Source of the DNA: Eledone cirrhosa
Taxonomy: Eukaryota
Reading direction: 5' to 3'
Length of the DNA: 64,000 bases
NCBI GenBank assembly: GCA_964016885.1
Contig: OZ024742.1
Span: 5,890,001 to 5,954,000, forward strand
The notes under the pieces are model-generated. The model did not search any database and was not told the DNA's origin. It saw only the letters and a program-made list of their open reading frames with translations. A program made the position numbers and the translations under genes. Shown here piece by piece: positions 58,410-64,000 of the stretch. How positions within the stretch are numbered: position 1 is the first letter of the stretch; the number at the start of each line of letters is the position of its first letter.

Positions 58410-61400
58410 TTTAGATCTGGAGGTGGAAGAAGAGCCCGGCACAAATACCATACTATATATTTAGATCTGGAGTTGAGAGTACAGCCTGGCACAACTACCA
58501 TACTATATATTTAGATCTGAAGGTAGGAGAAGAGCCTGGCACAACTACCATACTATATATTTAAATCTAGAGGGGCAGAATAACCTGGCTCAACTACCAT
58601 ACTATATATTTAGATCTGGAGAGGCAGAACAGCCTGGCACAAGTACCATGCTATATATTTAGATCTGGAGGGGCAAAACAGCTTGGCACAACTACCATAC
58701 TATATATTTATATCTGGCGATGGAAGAACAATCTGGCAGAACTACCATACTATATATTTAGATCTGGAGCGGCAGAACAGCCTGGCACAACTACCCTACA
58801 ATATATTTAGATCTGGAGGGGCAGAACAACCTGGCACAACTACCATACTATATATTTAGATCTGGAGGGGTAGAACAGCTTGGCACAATTACCATACTAT
58901 ATATTTAGATCTGGAGGGGCAGAACAACCTGGCACAACTACCCTACTATACATTTAGATCTGGAGGGGTAGAACAGCTTGGCACAATTACCATACTATAT
59001 ATTTAGAACTGGAGGGTCAGAAGAGCCTGGCACAACTACCATACTATATATATAAATCTGGAAGGGCAGAACAGCTTGGCACAACTACCATACTATATAT
59101 TTTGATCTGGAGGTGGAAGAAGAGCCTGGCACAACTACCATACTTTATATTTAGATCTGGAGGTGGGAGTACAGCCTGTCACAACTACCATACTATATAT
59201 TTAGACATGGATGTGGAAGAAGCGCCTGGCATAACTTCCATACTATATATTTAGATCTGAAGGTGGGAGTACTGGAGGGGCAGAACAGCTTGGCACAACT
59301 ACCATACTATATATTTATATCTGGCGATGGAAGAACAATCTGGCAGAACTACCATACTATATATTTAGATCTGGAGCGGCAGAACAGCCTGGCACAACTA
59401 CCCTACTATATATTTAGATCTGGAGGGGCAGAACAGCCTCACACAACTACCACACTATATATTTAGATCTGGAGGGGCAGAACAACCTGGCACAACTACC
59501 ATACTATATATTTAGATCTGGAGAGGCAGAAAAGCCTGGCACAAGTCCCATGCTATATATTTAGATCTGGAGGGGCAGAACAGCTTGGCACAACTACCAT
59601 ACTATATATTTAGATCTGGAGATGGGAGTAAAGCCTGGCACAACTACCATACTATATATTTAGATGTGGAGGTTGAAGAAGAGCCTGGCACAACTACCAT
59701 ACTATATATTTAGACCTGGAGGTGAAAGAAACGCCTGGCACAACTACCATACCATATATTTAAATCTGGAGGGGCAGAATAACCTGGCACAACTACCGTA
59801 CTATACATTTAGATATAGAGAGGTAGAACAGCTTGGCACAACTACCATACTATATATTTAGATCTGGAGGGGCAGAACAGTCTGGCGCAACTACTATACT
59901 ATATATTTAGATCCGGAGGGTCTGGACAGCCTGGCACAAATACCATACTATATATTTAGATCTGGAGGTAGAAGCAGAGCCTGGCACAACTACCATACTA
60001 TATATTTAGATCTGGAGGTGAGAGTACAGCCTGGCACAACTTCCATACTATATATTTAGATCTGGAGGTAGAAAAAGAGCCTGGCCCAACTACCATACTA
60101 TATATTTAAATCTAGAGGGGCAGAATAACCTGGAACAACTACCATACTATATATTTAGATCTGGAGAGGCAGAAAAGCCTGGCACAAGTACCATGCTATA
60201 TATTTAGATCTGGAGGGGCAGACCAGCTTGGCATAACTACTATACTATATATTTATATATGGCGATGGAAGAACAATCTGGCACAACTACCATACTATAT
60301 ATTAGATCTGGAGGGGCAGAACAGGCTGGCACAACTACCCTACTATATATTTAGATCTGGAGAGGCAGAACAGCCTACACAACTACATCACTATATATTT
60401 AGATCTGGAGGGGCAGAACAGCTCAGCACAACTACCATACTATATATTAAGATCTGGAGGTGGAAGAAGAGCCCGGCACAAATACCATACTATATATTTA
60501 GATCTGGAGTTGAGAGTACAGCCTGGCACAACTACCATACTATATATTTAGATCTGAAGGTAGGAGAAGAGCCTGGCACAACTACCATACTATATATTTA
60601 AATCTAGAGGGGCAGAATAACCTGGCTCAACTACCATACTATATATTTAGATCTGGAGAGGCAGAACAGCCTGGCACAAGTACCATGCTATATATTTAGA
60701 TCTGGAGGGGCAGAACAGCTTGGCACAACTACCATACTATATATTTATATCTGGCGATGGAAGAACAATCTGGCAGAACTACCATACTATATATTTAGAT
60801 CTGGAGCGGCAGAACAGCCTGGCACAACTACCCTACTATATATTTAGATCTGGAGGGTCAGAACAGCCTGACACAACTACCACACTATATATTTAGATCT
60901 GGAGGGGCAGAACAACCTGGCACAACTACCATACTATATATTTAGATCTGGAGGGGTAGAACAGCTTGGCACAATTACCATACTATATATTTAGATCTGG
61001 AGGGGCAGAACAACCTGGCACAACTACCCTACTATACATTTAGATCTGGAGGGGTAGAACAGCTTGGCACAATTACCATACTATATATTTAGAACTGGAG
61101 GGTCAGAAGAGCCTGGCACAACTACCATACTATATATATAAATCTGGAAGGGCAGAACAGCTTGGCACAACTACCATACTATATATTTTGATCTGGAGGT
61201 GGAAGAAGAGCCTGGCACAACTACCATACTTTATATTTAGATCTGGAGGTGGGAGTACAGCCTGTCACAACTACCATACTATATATTTAGACATGGATGT
61301 GGAAGAAGCGCCTGGCATAACTTCCATACTATATATTTAGATCTGAAGGTGGGAGTACTGGAGGGGCAGAACAGCTTGGCACAACTACCATACTATATAT

Positions 61401-64000
61401 TTATATCTGGCGATGGAAGAACAGTCTGGCAGAACTACCATACTATATATTTAGATCTGGAGCGGCAGAACAGCCTGGCACAACTACCCTACTATATATT
61501 TAGATCTGGAGGGGCAGAACAGCCTCACACAACTACCACACTATATATTTAGATCTGGAGGGGCAGAACAGCTTGGCACAACTACCATACTATATATTTA
61601 GATCTGGAGATGGGAGTAAAGCCTGGCACAACTACCATACTATATATTTAGATGTGGAGGTTGAAGAAGAGCCTGGCACAACTACCATACTATATATTTA
61701 GACCTGGAGGTGAAAGAAACGCCTGGCACAACTACCATACCATATATTTAAATCTGGAGGGGCAGAATATCCTGGCACAACTACCGTACTATACATTTAG
61801 ATATAGAGAGGTAGAACAGCTTGGCACAACTACCATACTATATATTTAGATCTGGAGGGGCAGAACAGTCTGGCGCAACTACTATACTATATATTTAGAT
61901 CCGGAGGGTCTGGACAGCCTGGCACAAATACCATACTATATATTTAGATCTGGAGGTAGAAGCAGAGCCTGGCACAACTACCATACTATATATTTAGATC
62001 TGGAGGTGAGAGTACAGCCTGGCACAACTTCCATACTATATATTTAGATCTGGAGGTAGAAAAAGAGCCTGGCCCAACTACCATACTATATATTTAAATC
62101 TAGAGGGGCAGAATAACCTGGAACAACTACCATACTATATATTTAGATCTGGAGAGGCAGAAAAGCCTGGCACAAGTACCATGCTATATATTTAGATCTG
62201 GAGGGGCAGACCAGCTTGGCATAACTACTATACTATATTTTTATATATGGCGATGGAAGAACAATCTGGCACAACTACCATACTATATATTAGATCTGGA
62301 GGGCCAGAACAGGCTGGCACAACTACCCTACTATATATTTAGATCTGGAGAGGCAGAACAGCCTACACAACTACCACACTATATATTTAGATCTGGAGGG
62401 GCAGAACAGCTCAGCACAACTACCATACTATATATTAAGATCTGGAGGTGGGAGTACAGCCTGGCACAACTACCATACTATATATTTAGATCTGGAGGTT
62501 GAAGAAGTGCCTGGCACAACTACCATACTATATATTTAGATCTGGAGTTGAGAGTACAGCCTGGCACAACTATCATACTATATATTTAGATCTGGTGGTG
62601 GAAGAACAATCTGGCACAACTACCATACTATATATTTACATCTGGAAGGGAAGAACAGCCTGGCATAACTACCCTACTATATATTTAGATCTGGAGGGGC
62701 AGAACAGCCTGGTACAACTACCACACTATATATTTAGATCTGGAGGGGCAGACCAACCTGGCACAACTACCATACTATACATTTAGATCTGGAGGGGTAG
62801 AACAGCTTTGCACACCTACCATACTATGTATTTAGATCTGGAGGGGCAGAATAGTCTGGCACAACTACCATACTATATATTTATATCTGGTGGTGGAAGA
62901 ACAATCTCGCACAACTACCATACTATATATTTAGATCTGAAAGCGGCAGAACGGCATGGCACAACTACCATACTATATATTTAGATCTGGTGGGGTAGAA
63001 CAGCTTGGCACAATTACCATACTATATATTTAGATCTGGAGGGGCAGAACAGTCTGGCACCACTACCATACTATATATTTAGATCTGGAGGGCCAGAAGA
63101 GCCTGGCACAACTACTATACTATTTATTTAGATCTGGAGGGGCAGAATAACCTGGCACAACTACCATACTATATATTTAGATCTGGAGGGGCAGACCAGC
63201 TTGGCATAACTACTATACTATATATTTATATATGGCGATGGAAGAACAATCTGGCACAACTACCATACTATATATTAGATCTGGAGGGGCAGAACAGGCT
63301 GGCACAACTACCCTACTATATATTTAGATCTGGAGAGGCAGAACAGCCTACACAACTACCACACTATATATTTAGATCTGGAGGGGCAGAACAGCTCAGC
63401 ACAACTACCATACTATATATTAAGATCTGGAGGTGGAAGAAGAGCCCGGCACAAATACCATACTATATATTTAGATCTGGAGTTGAGAGTACAGCCTGGC
63501 ACAACTACCATACTATATATTTAGATCTGAAGGTAGGAGAAGAGCCTGGCACAACTACCATACTATATATTTAAATCTAGAGGGGCAGAATAACCTGGCT
63601 CAACTACCATACTATATATTTAGATCTGGAGAGGCAGAACAGTCTGGCACAAGTACCATGCTATATATTTAGATCTGGAGGGGCAGAACAGCTTGGCACA
63701 ACTACCATAATATATATTTATATCTGGCGATGGAAGAACAATCTGGCAGAACTACCATACTATATATTTAGATCTGGAGCGGCAGAACAGCCTGGCACAA
63801 CTACCCTACTATATATTTAGATCTGGAGGGGCAGAACAGCCTGACACAACTACCACACTATATATTTAGATCTGGAGGGGCAGAACAACCTGGCACAACT
63901 ACCATACTATATATTTAGATCTGGAGATGGGAGTAAAGCCTGGCACAACTACCATACTATATATTTAGATGTGGAGGTTGAAAAAGAGCCTGGCACAACT
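58410..64000. repeat. HOR of about 2.0-2.1 kb (about 41-42 monomers): two copies plus a partial third
   Basis: GCCCGG variant at 58434, 60471 and 63444. The offset steps 2037 -> 2086 (ORFs 59263/61349) -> 1988 (ORFs 59664/61652), i.e. by +1 and then -2 whole monomers. Confidence 0.85.

Larger units (their letters stand above)
1..64000. repeat. Tandem satellite DNA array, 49/50-bp monomer, about 1,300 copies, single orientation, extends beyond both window edges
   Basis: The motif GGCACAACTACCATACTATATATTTAGATCTGGAG recurs every 49-50 bp from the first line to the last, followed by GGGCAGAACAGCCT-like (49-bp) or GTGGAAGAAGAGCCT/GTGGGAGTACAGCCT-like (50-bp) segments. No non-repeat sequence seen. 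Confidence 0.99.

Noticed and set aside
481-62786. Plus-strand ORFs of 60-140 aa (WHNYHTIYLDLEG / AQLPYYIFRSGG / GTTTILYI motifs) as a repeat-protein family
   Set aside because: These are the three frames of the monomer. The TAG in TTTAGATC stops one frame, and 49/50-bp alternation lets some ORFs skip it by chance. Most start at GTG or TTG inside the repeat, and indels do not preserve frame.
1-64000. CRISPR array (conserved repeat of about 34 bp plus variable spacer)
   Set aside because: The variable parts are only about 15 bp, are homologous to one another and recur many times. The repeats themselves vary, and there is no leader or cas gene.
1-64000. Satellite-encoded hammerhead ribozyme, as in newt, Schistosoma or Dolichopoda satellites
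   Set aside because: No CUGANGA plus GAAA core in the consensus on either strand. Only 3-5 bp stems are possible (e.g. GGC-AGAACA-GCC, TCTGG-AGGG-CCAGA).
1-64000. TATA-box promoters (TATATA in each monomer)
   Set aside because: Part of the repeat's AT block, with no downstream gene and no transcription evidence available from sequence.
1-64000. G-quadruplex or telomeric repeat from the GGAGGGG tracts
   Set aside because: There is only one G-tract cluster per 49 bp, separated by loops of about 40 nt, and no short telomere-type unit.
1-64000. Inversions, transposon insertions or embedded unique sequence
   Set aside because: I saw no reverse-complement monomer (GGTAGTTGTGCC) and no non-satellite stretch while reading through the window.

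Overview
The whole 64 kb window is one uninterrupted, head-to-tail satellite DNA array in a single orientation. It holds roughly 1,300 monomers of 49-50 bp, consensus GGCACAACTACCATACTATATATTTAGATCTGGAGGGGCAGAACAGCCT (49 bp). I see no unique sequence, genes, RNA genes, transposon insertions or inversions. All ORFs in the track are chance translations of the repeat. The structure of interest is a nested higher-order repeat (HOR) architecture. Young, nearly identical multi-kb tandem duplications (periods 2216, 5118, about 7.8-10 kb, 2164, 5307 and about 2.0-2.1 kb) are built on older diverged duplications and on a still older conserved order of monomer types. A change in variant repertoire near 46 kb separates two sub-domains. 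Nearly all rearrangement breakpoints are in register with the monomer; I found one out-of-register junction, present in two copies. This organisation resembles eukaryotic (peri)centromeric satellite, but I do not recognise the family, and neither organism nor function can be established from the sequence alone. Offsets were derived by hand from diagnostic variants and the ORF track, so block edges are approximate to about one monomer.
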